This document shows, piece after piece, positions 28,955 through 38,503 of a stretch of DNA of 64,000 nt; the stretch's first letter is position 1; each line of letters opens with the position of its first letter. Source of the stretch: Bacteroidota bacterium (GTDB lineage Bacteria; Bacteroidota; Ignavibacteria; Ignavibacteriales; SURF-24); NCBI GenBank assembly GCA_030706145.1, contig JAUZPB010000006.1, positions 5,135-69,134 on the forward strand. Direction: 5' to 3'. A program made the translations under genes and the position numbers. The notes under the pieces are model-generated. The model saw nothing but the letters and a program-made list of their open reading frames with translations, ran no database searches and was not told where the DNA came from.

Positions 28955-29055
28955 AAATAGTTTGATAATTTATTGAGTAAAATATTTGGCGGTAAAATAA
29001 TACCAGCCCAAATACAATCCAAGTAAATACTCAAAATATGGATGACATTTAAATT

Positions 29056-29571
29056 CTACTCTAGCTCCTTTGCTATCTTATTATAGGTCTGAAGATCACT
29101 TGAACTAAAACAAACAAAAATTACCTTCTCTATTGTTGTATTAAGCCTTAAGAACTCCTTTACCTCTGAAATTGCAATTCTTGTGGCCCTGTCAATTGGG
29201 AAACCATAAATGCCTGTACTGATGGCAGGGAAGGCAATGGTCTTTAAGTTATTTGCTATTGCAAGCTTTAAAGAGTTTCTGTAACAGCTTCTAAGAAGTT
29301 CGTCTTCCTCGTAATTTCCTCCTCGCCAGACCGGTCCAACCGTATGTATAACATGCCTGGCAGGTAATCTATATCCACCGGTGATTTTTGCCTCTCCGGT
29401 CTCACACCCTCCTAATGTCCTGCACTCATCTACTAACCCTTTCCCAGCAGCTCTGTGTATCGCTCCATCTACTCCCCCTCCACCTAATAGACTTGGATTA
29501 GCAGCATTTACAATGGCATCTGCTTCAAGTTTTGTTATATCTCCCTGTAAGATCTGTATCTTTTCTGTCAT
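29056..29571 (-). CDS. ymdB: Macrodomain O-acetyl-ADP-ribose deacetylase (YmdB-like)
   Basis: [26 protein letters not shown] and [11 protein letters not shown]. Confidence 0.92.
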   Translation of the reverse strand: MTEKIQILQGDITKLEADAIVNAANPSLLGGGGVDGAIHRAAGKGLVDECRTLGGCETGEAKITGGYRLPARHVIHTVGPVWRGGNYEEDELLRSCYRNSLKLAIANNLKTIAFPAISTGIYGFPIDRATRIAISEVKEFLRLNTTIEKVIFVCFSSSDLQTYNKIAKELE

Positions 29572-29860
29572 TATTACTTCCTCTTTTGTCAGTTTGCTAT
29601 TCTCAATCATCAAATTAAATTACCTAAAAATTTTATATGTGCAAAATATGTTAAAATATTCACCAGTTAGGCGTTGAAAAAATACACACAAAAAAGAGCG
29701 ATTATGTAAGGAAAATCAAGTGTTGAAGTTTCTATCATTTAATACTGATGAATATATTTACAAGGCGGATTTTTGCCCTTAATTAATACAATAAGCTTTT
29801 GTGAGCGTAAGTCCCTTATAAATAACAACTTAGGAAAAGAGTAGGAGCTATGTCATGCTC

Positions 29861-29876
29861 TGGTATGCAATTTGCA
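29861..29876 (+). promoter_or_regulatory. Sigma54 -24/-12 promoter of the redox operon
   Basis: TGGTAT-GCAAT-TTGCA, 42 nt upstream of the ATG at 29919. Confidence 0.8.
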
Positions 29877-29918
29877 TCATATGTTACAAACAAAAACAAC
29901 AACAAAAGGATTAATATC

Positions 29919-30575
29919 ATGGTCGCATTATTTGTTGTCTTCACATTTATAATTTTAATTGTGATTGACATTGTTGTACTAAAAGCACAAAAAAGGAAAC
30001 ATCCGGCATTTGCCGATGCTGCCAAAGCAGTTTTTAACAAGAATAGTCTTTCACTGCCCGAAAGGATATTTGTCTCCAAGGGGCATACCTGGGCAGAACT
30101 GGTCCCCGGAGGCTTTGCTAGAGTCGGTGTCGATGAGTTCGTTCTTAAATCTCTTGGGAAAATATCTGTTAATTACATTGCAAAAGAACAGACTTTAGTT
30201 AAACAGGGAGAGGTTATATTCCAGGGTACTTCCGGTAAGGGGTCCTTTAGCTTCAGATCCCCTATCGATGGTGTTATTCAGGATGTAAATAGGAACCTTA
30301 CAAATATTCAGGACCCATATAGAAACGACTGGGGAGTTATTATTTCTCCATCTAACTGGGCAGACAATACAAAGTCACTAAAGAACGGTCAAGCTTTAGT
30401 CTCCTGGCTCAAAGATGAGTTCTCAAGGTTAAAGGACTTTCTTGCAGTTAATTCGATGAATACTGAGCTGGCTGGCGTAACGATGCACGATGGTGGTAAT
30501 ATTATGGAAGGTGCTGTCACTTATATGAAGGCTGAAGGCCTTAAGAATTTTGAAAATGAATTTCTAACCTTTTAA
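29919..30575 (+). CDS. Membrane-anchored GcvH-like (lipoyl-domain) protein
   Basis: N-terminal TM, GHTWA...ARVGVDEF, SPIDG, DPYRNDW and C-terminal GVTMHDGG. Confidence 0.85.
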   Translation: MVALFVVFTFIILIVIDIVVLKAQKRKHPAFADAAKAVFNKNSLSLPERIFVSKGHTWAELVPGGFARVGVDEFVLKSLGKISVNYIAKEQTLVKQGEVIFQGTSGKGSFSFRSPIDGVIQDVNRNLTNIQDPYRNDWGVIISPSNWADNTKSLKNGQALVSWLKDEFSRLKDFLAVNSMNTELAGVTMHDGGNIMEGAVTYMKAEGLKNFENEFLTF

Positions 30576-30586
30576 CTGAGGAATCA

Positions 30587-31360
30587 ATGGTCAAACAAAA
30601 GGGTATTTTGTACGATTCAACTATGTGCGTTGGATGTGGAGAATGTTATTCGGCTTGTAAAAAACAGAACAAGCTTCCTGAGACTAATTCGGATTTCTTA
30701 AAAGACCACCTTTCTGCTAATACTTATACTGTCGTTGAACAGCATGGCGATCTCTATGCAAGAAAAATGTGTATGCACTGCGCTGAGCCAACTTGCGCTT
30801 CGGTTTGCCCGGTAAAAGCTTTTGAAAAAACAAAAGAAGGCGCCGTTATTTATGACGCCGAAAAATGTATTGGCTGTAGATATTGTATGCAGGCCTGCCC
30901 TCATCAGATACCTAGATACGAATGGAGCCAGGTTAGCCCACGGGTTCGCAAATGCGTCCTTTGCCAAAATAGAATTTCTAAAGGTTTGCCTACGGCTTGC
31001 TCTGAAGCTTGTCCTACGGGGGCTACTATTTGCGGCGATTTAGATGACCTTAAAATTGAAGCAAAGAAAAGGCTATCTGAAGGCTCTGATAAATATTACC
31101 AGCATATCTATGGACTCGATGAAGCCGGTGGAGGAAGTGTTTTAATATTAGCTTCTGTTCCTTTTGAAAAATTAGGCTACACTCCTAACCTGCCTAAACA
31201 ACCTATGCCGCAGCTTACTAACCGTGTAATGGAAAAAATCCCTACGGTTGCTACTGTTGGCGGACTGTTCTTAGGCTCAATGTACTGGCTTACTAAAAGA
31301 AAAAATGAAATAGCCAGAGAAGAAAAAGAAGCAAAATTCAAGAGGAATGAAGTAAAATGA
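30587..31360 (+). CDS. 4x[4Fe-4S] electron-transfer subunit (HybA/FdnH/NrfC-like) with C-terminal TM
   Basis: CVGCGECYSAC, CMHCAEPTCASVC, CIGCRYCMQAC and CVLC...ACSEAC. Confidence 0.92.
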   Translation: MVKQKGILYDSTMCVGCGECYSACKKQNKLPETNSDFLKDHLSANTYTVVEQHGDLYARKMCMHCAEPTCASVCPVKAFEKTKEGAVIYDAEKCIGCRYCMQACPHQIPRYEWSQVSPRVRKCVLCQNRISKGLPTACSEACPTGATICGDLDDLKIEAKKRLSEGSDKYYQHIYGLDEAGGGSVLILASVPFEKLGYTPNLPKQPMPQLTNRVMEKIPTVATVGGLFLGSMYWLTKRKNEIAREEKEAKFKRNEVK

Positions 31361-32526
31361 AAAATTCGAATGCATCTAAATTGTCGTTCTGGAAGATTGT
31401 TGCTGCTGTTATTATGATCTGTGGACTGTATTCCAGCTATATAAGGTTTACTAAGGGACTTGGCGCCTCAACTCATCTAAGTGATTCTATACCATGGGGA
31501 CTATGGATCGGCTTCGACTTTCTTGGAGTCGGACTTGCCGCTGCTGGCTTTACAATTGCTGTTATGGTACACGTTTTTAACATTCATAAGTTTGAACCCA
31601 TTGTTAGACCTGCTATTCTTACAGCTTATATAGGCTACACACTCGTGGTTCTGCTTCTTATTATTGACCTTGGAAGACCTCAGAACTTCTGGCACCCTCT
31701 CGTCATGTGGAACCTTCATTCGGTCATGTTTGAGATAACATGGTGCGTTATTTGTTACAGCGCTATACTTACTCTGGAGTTTGCTCCTGTTGTTCTTGAA
31801 AAATATAATCTGACAGCTCCTATTAAAATTCTTAGGAAAATTTCCATTCCTGTAGTAATTTTGGGAGTAATTTTTTCAACATTGCATCAGTCATCTTTTG
31901 GTTCTCTTTATTTGATTGTGCCAGGCAGATTATATCCTCTATGGTATTCCACACTTTTACCGGTGAACTTTTATATATCATGTATAGCTGCCGGTCTTTC
32001 GATGATTATTTTTGAATCCTATTTAAACGCAAGAGCTTTTAATCTTGGCCTGAGACTGGACATACTTTCCGGCCTGGCAAAGATCGTTCTTTATGTCCTT
32101 ATAATAGGTTTTCTGGTAAGAATAACCGACATGATTATTACAGGAAAAACCCCTTTCCTTTTCTTGCCTCGTACTGAAACCTATATGTTCTATGCCGAGG
32201 TTATTGTCGGGACTTTTATTCCTGTCTACCTGCTTAGTCAGGCAAAGTATAGAAAAAGCAGAATGTGGCTCTATGTGATTTCGATATTTACTTTATCGGG
32301 ATTCGTTCTTAACAGGATCAATGTCGCAGTTACAGGACTCGTTGCATCTAGCAAAACTAGCTATTTCCCCTCGTTTGATGAAATAAGTATTACAATGATG
32401 CTCGTTGTTCTTGGCATGTGGGCTTTCAAATTGGTCTCAACAAAGTTCCCTGTCTTTGTTGAACTTGAAAATCTAAAGGAAGAAAAACTTCCCGAAGATA
32501 GCAGGGAAATGATCTTAAGTGAGTAA
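31357..32526 (+). CDS. NrfD/HybB/HmcC-family integral membrane subunit
   Basis: PWGLWIG.D, DLGRP..FWH, SVMFEI and LHQSS.GSL. Confidence 0.92.
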   Translation: MKNSNASKLSFWKIVAAVIMICGLYSSYIRFTKGLGASTHLSDSIPWGLWIGFDFLGVGLAAAGFTIAVMVHVFNIHKFEPIVRPAILTAYIGYTLVVLLLIIDLGRPQNFWHPLVMWNLHSVMFEITWCVICYSAILTLEFAPVVLEKYNLTAPIKILRKISIPVVILGVIFSTLHQSSFGSLYLIVPGRLYPLWYSTLLPVNFYISCIAAGLSMIIFESYLNARAFNLGLRLDILSGLAKIVLYVLIIGFLVRITDMIITGKTPFLFLPRTETYMFYAEVIVGTFIPVYLLSQAKYRKSRMWLYVISIFTLSGFVLNRINVAVTGLVASSKTSYFPSFDEISITMMLVVLGMWAFKLVSTKFPVFVELENLKEEKLPEDSREMILSE

Positions 32527-32558
32527 TCTTTTATTTCCTAAAAAAACATGTGATTACT

Positions 32559-33278
32559 ATGAAATATAAAAACAACTATTTCCGCGATCTTCAATGTATA
32601 TGGATGGCTTCCAATGTCGTTGATTATAAACTGTGCGATAGAGAGTTCGACTGCGATAATTGCTTCTTCGATAAGTCGATGCGCAATATTCAGCACCAGT
32701 TTAGCTCAATGGACATTGAAGATAAAAAAGATAAATTGAACAAGATCGTTCAAACCATAATCCATAATATTGAAAACGCCGAGTTTAATAGTCAATATTC
32801 GTATTTCCGTAACCATTTAGTTGCAAAAAATCTTTTTGCTAATACCTATTATCTTGGCTTTAGCCCTGTTGCTATAGATATTCTTGATAGCAGTACTTCT
32901 GTAGAGCAGAATGCCAGGGTAGAAAAAATCAAAAAAGGAGAACAACTTCTTAAGATTACAGGACCATGGGGAAAAGTTGATCTTTGTGCTCCAATTGATT
33001 TCTCTTACCTCGGACATATCAATGAAGCCCATAACTCACACGAAAGATGGTTTGGCCTAATTGAAACTTCAAAAGAAGAAATGAATTCAAACTGTATTTC
33101 AGTCTCTGATTATCATAGGGACATTATAGATATATCCAAAGAGTTGACTAAATTCCAAAATGATTATCCGGAAATCGGTGCCTCTATGCTCGATGGCGGC
33201 GTGGAGACTAGATTCCTCTACCAGGTAATTGGCAATACAAAATACAATAAAATACTCGAGACGTTATTCAATAAATAA
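32559..33278 (+). CDS. Degenerate GcvH-like protein with N-terminal Cys cluster
   Basis: CIWM...YKLCDREFDCDNCFFD (C-X12-C-X5-C-X2-C), H...YLG, KKGE.L...AP and GASMLDGG. Confidence 0.75.
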   Translation: MKYKNNYFRDLQCIWMASNVVDYKLCDREFDCDNCFFDKSMRNIQHQFSSMDIEDKKDKLNKIVQTIIHNIENAEFNSQYSYFRNHLVAKNLFANTYYLGFSPVAIDILDSSTSVEQNARVEKIKKGEQLLKITGPWGKVDLCAPIDFSYLGHINEAHNSHERWFGLIETSKEEMNSNCISVSDYHRDIIDISKELTKFQNDYPEIGASMLDGGVETRFLYQVIGNTKYNKILETLFNK

Positions 33279-33323
33279 TCTTTTTTCACAATACTTTAAT
33301 TAATTTATTATTCAGGGGTCGAT

Positions 33324-33833
33324 ATGAAAAAGTCTAGCTTAATGTTGTGTGTTTTTGTTCTCTCAGCTTTTGTGTTTTCGCAGAGTCTTTATTCTCAGGC
33401 TAAGTATACTGGAGTTAAAACTTGTTCAGCTTGCCATAGAGGTGAAAAGGGTAAAAATGTTTTCGAAAAATGGCAGTCCTCTGCTCACTCCAAGGCTTTT
33501 GAAACCTTAAAGAGTGATAAGTCTAAGGAAATTGCAAAAAAAATGGGTATCTCTGATCCTGCTTCTTCTGATAAATGTCTTACTTGCCATGTTACTAACG
33601 GCGGAAACGGCGCTGGTATTAAGAAAGAAGAAGGCGTTACTTGCGAAAGCTGCCATGGCGCTGGCTCAGAATATAAGGCAATGAACGTTATGAAAGATCA
33701 TGACCTTGCTGTTAAAAAAGGACTTATCCTAGGTAAAAATAATCCTGACCTTTGTAAAAAATGCCATAACCCCAAAAGCCCAACTTATAAACCCTTTGAC
33801 TTTGCAAAGAAAATGGCTATGATAAAACATTAA
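33324..33833 (+). CDS. Periplasmic tetraheme cytochrome c (c554-like)
   Basis: Signal peptide plus CSACH, CLTCH, CESCH and CKKCH. Confidence 0.92.
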   Translation: MKKSSLMLCVFVLSAFVFSQSLYSQAKYTGVKTCSACHRGEKGKNVFEKWQSSAHSKAFETLKSDKSKEIAKKMGISDPASSDKCLTCHVTNGGNGAGIKKEEGVTCESCHGAGSEYKAMNVMKDHDLAVKKGLILGKNNPDLCKKCHNPKSPTYKPFDFAKKMAMIKH

Positions 33834-33869
33834 TAAAATTCGATAGAATGTCTTATAATTATCAAAAAT

Positions 33870-33902
33870 AAGAAAAGGCGGACCATCCCGCCTTTTCTTT
33901 TT
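33870..33902 (+). terminator. Intrinsic terminator ending the redox operon
   Basis: AAGAAAAGGCGG-ACCATC-CCGCCTTTTCTTTTT. Confidence 0.85.
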
Positions 33903-34064
33903 CTGCGGCCCTGCAAATCTCTCAACTCCCTGTTATTACTTAATATTATGAGAATTTCCCCCAAGGTTATTATTGCCTCTTATTCTCTCTCTTTTTTATT
34001 TTATGTGCTTGCTATTCTAAGCTTTGTTGAATAATTTTACATCAGATTTTACAATTGATGTTCC

Positions 34065-35657
34065 ATGAGAATCAAATTTTATAATAAGTTAAGTTTTAAT
34101 TTAATTATTGTTGTTTCATCGATATTATTAATTAATTTAGCTTTTCATACATTCTTTACTCTCAATAAGCTTGAAAAAGACCTTACAAGCTCCTATTCTC
34201 AGAATGCTTATAATATCAGTGATATTATAAAGAAGTCTACTCGCTATAGTATGCTTCTTAACAGAAGCTACGATGTACACCAAATTATTAAAACTATCGG
34301 GACAGAAAAAGGCGTTGAAAAGATAAGGATCTACAACAAGTTAGGTAAAATTATTTTTTCTACTGATAGTACTGAGATCTTTTCAACTGTTGATAAGAAT
34401 GCCGAGGCCTGCGTTGTCTGTCATAGCAATGGTAAAACTGTTAAAACTCTTACAGTTAAAGACAAGATAAGAATCTTCAAAAAGAAGGGCTCAGGTGAGC
34501 GCGTCATGGGCCTTATCAATCCTATCTATAATGAAAAGGATTGCTATAGCTCTGATTGCCATGCACACGAATCTAATGTTGAACTCCTGGGCGTCCTGGA
34601 TGTCGTTATATCGATGAAAATGGTTGACCAAATTATTGCTTCTAATATAAAAGGAGTAATTACAACATATATAGTCGTGACTTTTATTATCTCACTTTTT
34701 AGCTGGCTTTTCATTTCTCTTCTGGTAAATAGGCCAATTAGAAAAATTACTAGGGGAATTGAAGAAATTGGAAAGGGGAATCTCGATTATAAAATAAAGG
34801 TAAGTTCAAAAAATGAATTGGGTAAAATGGCTACACAGTTTAATGATATGTCAGGTAAATTAGATCTGGCTTATAAAGAAATTAAACAATGGTCTGAAAC
34901 ATTAAATGAAAAGGTAAAGGAAAAGACTGAAGAACTAAAAAAAATATATGATCAGATAATCCAGATCGAAAAACTTGCCTCCCTGGGCAAGCTTTCTGCA
35001 ACTGTTGCCCACGAGCTCAATAATCCGCTTGAGGGAATTCTGACTTACAGTAAACTAATAGCCAGAAAACTCCAAAAGGTTCAGAAAGATAATGAATTTG
35101 AAAAGGTGCTTGAATACTTGTGCCTTATTTCTGAAGAATCAAGCCGCTGCGGAAGAATAGTAAAGGATCTGCTCTTGTTCTCTCACAGAGGCGATGAGGA
35201 ATTTACAGAGGAAAACCTTGAAGCAATTGTTGATAAAAGCATTTTGCTTATTAGCCACCATCTGGAAATACATAAGATAAAACTTGATAAAGAATATGAG
35301 GACTGCACACTTAATATTGTGGGTGATTCACAAAAAATTCAGCAGGCTTTGATCACTATTCTTATCAATGCCATTGAGGCCATGCCAAATGGTGGAACCC
35401 TAAAGGTTAAGACTCGAAAAGAAAACGATGCAACTGCAGTTATTCGTATAATTGATGAGGGTTATGGTATCTCCGAAAAGGACCTTCCTCACATATTTGA
35501 ACCATTTTATTCTACTAAACAGAAATCCAAAGGTACAGGACTCGGACTTGCTGTTGCCTATGGTATTATAGATCATCATAAAGGTAAGATTGAGGTGGAG
35601 AATACCTCTCAAAAAGGAACTACATTTAAGATTACATTACCAATAAAGAAAAAATAA
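34065..35657 (+). CDS. Sensor histidine kinase with periplasmic c-heme motifs and HAMP domain
   Basis: CVVCH and CYSSDCH between two TMs. AHELNNPL, N box, DEGYG, F and G2 boxes. Confidence 0.93.
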   Translation: MRIKFYNKLSFNLIIVVSSILLINLAFHTFFTLNKLEKDLTSSYSQNAYNISDIIKKSTRYSMLLNRSYDVHQIIKTIGTEKGVEKIRIYNKLGKIIFSTDSTEIFSTVDKNAEACVVCHSNGKTVKTLTVKDKIRIFKKKGSGERVMGLINPIYNEKDCYSSDCHAHESNVELLGVLDVVISMKMVDQIIASNIKGVITTYIVVTFIISLFSWLFISLLVNRPIRKITRGIEEIGKGNLDYKIKVSSKNELGKMATQFNDMSGKLDLAYKEIKQWSETLNEKVKEKTEELKKIYDQIIQIEKLASLGKLSATVAHELNNPLEGILTYSKLIARKLQKVQKDNEFEKVLEYLCLISEESSRCGRIVKDLLLFSHRGDEEFTEENLEAIVDKSILLISHHLEIHKIKLDKEYEDCTLNIVGDSQKIQQALITILINAIEAMPNGGTLKVKTRKENDATAVIRIIDEGYGISEKDLPHIFEPFYSTKQKSKGTGLGLAVAYGIIDHHKGKIEVENTSQKGTTFKITLPIKKK

Positions 35658-35671
35658 CGGTAGAGAAAAAG

Positions 35672-37018
35672 ATGAAAAGTAAATCAACTATTTTAATTGT
35701 AGATGACGAAAGAATTGTTCGGGAATCTTTGTTGCATTGGTTTGAGGAAGAAGGCTATCAGGTGGATATTGCTGAAAGCGGAGAAGATGCATTAAAAATT
35801 ATTGATAAAGACAAATATGATCTTATGCTTGTCGATATGAAAATGCCTGGTATTAGCGGGCTTGAACTTCTTGACAGGGTTAAAGAGATCGATCCGGATT
35901 GCATCTTTATTCTTATAACTGCTTTTGCATCTGTTCCAACTGCCATTAAAGCTCTTAAGAACGGAGCTCATGATTATATTACTAAGCCTATCGACCCGGA
36001 TGAACTTGCCCATATAGTTGAAAAAGCTATTCATCAAAGACAGCTTCTGCAGGAAAATACTCAGCTTAAAGATAGCCTGGATGAGATCATTAAACCGGAT
36101 AACCTGATCGGTGAATGCAGGCAGATGAAAAAGATTTATGACCTTATTAATACTGTCTCCCTGACAGATACTACCGTTATGATTCGCGGTGAAAGCGGAA
36201 CAGGAAAAGAACTAGTTGCAAAAGCAATCCACATTAACAGCAAACGCCGATATTTTCCTATAATTACTGTTAACTGCGGCGCTTTAGCTGAATCTCTCCT
36301 TGAAAGTGAACTCTTTGGACATGAAAAAGGTGCTTTTACTGGAGCTCACTATAAAAGAAAGGGAAAATTTGAAATGGCCGATGGCGGTACAATCTTTTTG
36401 GACGAAATTGGTTCTATTTCATCAAAGATGCAGGTTGAACTGCTTCGCGTAATTGAAACTAAACAGTTTATGAGAGTTGGCGGTAATGAAAATATAAAAA
36501 GCGATTTCAGGATTATTGCTGCTACTAATGAGCCTTTGGAGGATCTGCTTAAAGAAGGTAAGTTCAGGGAAGACCTTTATTACAGGCTTAATGTTTTTAC
36601 CATCTTTATTCCGCCACTGCGCGAAAGAAGGGAAGATATACCCATTCTTTCCTATTATTTTATGAATAAGTTCAACGCGGCTATGAATAAAAGTTTTAAG
36701 AACATTTCTGACGAAGCTATGGACTTCTTGATGAACTATAATTGGCCTGGTAACGTAAGAGAACTTGAAAATGCTATCGAAAGGGCTCTTGTTGTTGGTA
36801 AGGCCGATACAATTGAGCTTGAGGATTTGCCATTCCACATAACTCCAAATAATAGAATTGATCTTAACGACCTCAGCCTGGCTTCAATTGAAAGGAAACA
36901 TATTCTTAATGTTCTTGAAGCAAATAACTGGAATATCTCAAGAAGTGCAGAAGCTCTTCAGATTGACCGTGTAACTCTTTATAATAAAATTAACAAATAT
37001 GGATTCCGGAAAACTTGA
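35672..37018 (+). CDS. Sigma54-dependent NtrC/AtoC-family response regulator
   Basis: REC domain, GESGTGKE, GAFTGA, WPGNVRELEN and a Fis-type HTH. Confidence 0.96.
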   Translation: MKSKSTILIVDDERIVRESLLHWFEEEGYQVDIAESGEDALKIIDKDKYDLMLVDMKMPGISGLELLDRVKEIDPDCIFILITAFASVPTAIKALKNGAHDYITKPIDPDELAHIVEKAIHQRQLLQENTQLKDSLDEIIKPDNLIGECRQMKKIYDLINTVSLTDTTVMIRGESGTGKELVAKAIHINSKRRYFPIITVNCGALAESLLESELFGHEKGAFTGAHYKRKGKFEMADGGTIFLDEIGSISSKMQVELLRVIETKQFMRVGGNENIKSDFRIIAATNEPLEDLLKEGKFREDLYYRLNVFTIFIPPLRERREDIPILSYYFMNKFNAAMNKSFKNISDEAMDFLMNYNWPGNVRELENAIERALVVGKADTIELEDLPFHITPNNRIDLNDLSLASIERKHILNVLEANNWNISRSAEALQIDRVTLYNKINKYGFRKT

Positions 37019-37578
37019 TGGACATTAATATTGCCCCTATTGAGTTTTCTAACACTTCACTTCTAAGCAGCATCTTTTCAGAAGTTCAAAAAGCCTTCAG
37101 CAGCGGGAGCCGGACTAATATTATTTCACTCCCGCTGGAAGTTAAATCTGCATATTATAGCGACCGGGGACAGTATTTTTCGACTCAGATCATTGCCGAT
37201 ACTATAAAGCTTACAGGCCAAATTAGTGGCAAAGTCCTCCTCCTTGTCGAATTTGACCTCTTCGTCCCTGTCTTTACTTATGTCTTCGGTGAGGCACAAC
37301 TAAATGGAAAACATTCTATTGTTTCTGTCAGCAGACTTCATGAAGAACTATATTCTGGAAAAACAAATGAAAATCTTCTGCGGGAAAGAACAAAAAAAGA
37401 AGTCCTGCACGAATTAGGACACAATTTCGGCCTTACTCATTGTAAAGATTGGGATTGCGTTATGCACCAGTCACAGGGTGTTGAAGAAATAGATATCAAA
37501 GGAAGCTATTACTGCAAGAACTGCTCGAAAATAATCGATATTCATAACCATATCGCTGCCTCTGAGACTCTCTTTTAG
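37015..37578 (+). CDS. Archaemetzincin-family Zn metalloprotease
   Basis: HELGHNFGLTHC, CVM, C..C and FVPVFTYVFGEAQL. Confidence 0.9.
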   Translation: MMDINIAPIEFSNTSLLSSIFSEVQKAFSSGSRTNIISLPLEVKSAYYSDRGQYFSTQIIADTIKLTGQISGKVLLLVEFDLFVPVFTYVFGEAQLNGKHSIVSVSRLHEELYSGKTNENLLRERTKKEVLHELGHNFGLTHCKDWDCVMHQSQGVEEIDIKGSYYCKNCSKIIDIHNHIAASETLF

Positions 37579-37660
37579 ACCAAAAAAACTCTCTTCCCCT
37601 CCAAAAATAAATCCCTCTAAACAAATTCTCTAAAAACAAAATAATGTATTAATTAGCGAA

Positions 37661-37681
37661 AGTGTATCATTACAATACACT
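37661..37681. promoter_or_regulatory. Palindromic putative regulator site
   Basis: AGTGTAT-N7-ATACACT just upstream of a sigma54 promoter. Confidence 0.5.
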
Positions 37682-37722
37682 AAATTAAGTGCTAATCCTC
37701 GACTTTCAGGCTTATTTAGCTG

Positions 37723-37738
37723 TGGCATAACCTTTGCA
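37723..37738 (+). promoter_or_regulatory. Sigma54 -24/-12 promoter
   Basis: TGGCAT-AACCT-TTGCA upstream of 37792. Confidence 0.8.
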
Positions 37739-37791
37739 AAACTCTTTGTAAAGAAAATGACCCCAAAAAGAAAGGAATGGATTAAGTAATT

Positions 37792-38274
37792 ATGGAACTA
37801 ATACCAATTGTTGAAACGACTTTAAGTATCTTTACTGGACTGCTCATTTTAGGAGTGCTAATTTCATATATCGCTAGCAAAATTAGGAAGAATGAAAATA
37901 ATTCTTCTACAAAATCAGATAGATATAATCAGGAGAGTCGCGCAAGAAATATAATTCCAAATCAACATGACTTTTCTATGCAGTATCAGCATATGCAGTA
38001 TAAACCGGCAATCGCTTCAAGTTCACCTGCAGGGTATGTTCCTTCAGGCAATCAGTTTAAAGGTGATGAATTTCGCTCCAACTATTTTGCCCAAAGGCCT
38101 GTTGAGAATAATTTGGAAAGTAAACCAAGACATGCAAAGTCTGCCCCTTCTAAATTTACAGTCCTAAACAATTTACCTCTTCGGGGCACAACACAAATAA
38201 CTGAATCTATTGAAATGAATAATAATAGAGATGCTGCATTTAATACAAAAAACAATTCTATTATGTTCAAGTAA
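37792..38274 (+). CDS. Hypothetical protein with N-terminal TM and low-complexity polar tail
   Basis: TM at residues ~8-29, then an N/Q/S-rich tail. Has its own promoter and terminator. Confidence 0.7.
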   Translation: MELIPIVETTLSIFTGLLILGVLISYIASKIRKNENNSSTKSDRYNQESRARNIIPNQHDFSMQYQHMQYKPAIASSSPAGYVPSGNQFKGDEFRSNYFAQRPVENNLESKPRHAKSAPSKFTVLNNLPLRGTTQITESIEMNNNRDAAFNTKNNSIMFK

Positions 38275-38303
38275 GATAAATAAACTGAATTTTCTTATGA
38301 AAG

Positions 38304-38344
38304 AAAAAAGTCCTGGCCCATTTAAATGCCGGGACTTTTTTTTT
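38304..38344 (+). terminator. Intrinsic terminator
   Basis: AAAAAAGTCCTGGC...GCCGGGACTTTTTTTTT. Confidence 0.8.
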
Positions 38345-38503
38345 GTATGATTTTTGAAGGCATATTCAGAAAAAGGTAAGAATAATCCAAAATCATTCAC
38401 CTGGCTAATAATAACCAAAGTACCTTTTGACGGAAACCGCATTTTTGAATTAAAATTGGACTTTTTTTGAACACCTGGCCCCAAAATTTCAGATAAATAG
38501 TAG

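Noticed and set aside
30587-32526. Hydrogenase-2 (hybAB) or formate dehydrogenase operon
   Set aside because: No large or small hydrogenase subunits, molybdoenzyme or maturation genes are in the window, so gene symbols were withheld.
29919-33278. True glycine cleavage H proteins (gcvH)
   Set aside because: They have a TM anchor or Cys cluster, C-terminal extensions and no ES.K motif, and gcvP/gcvT are absent.
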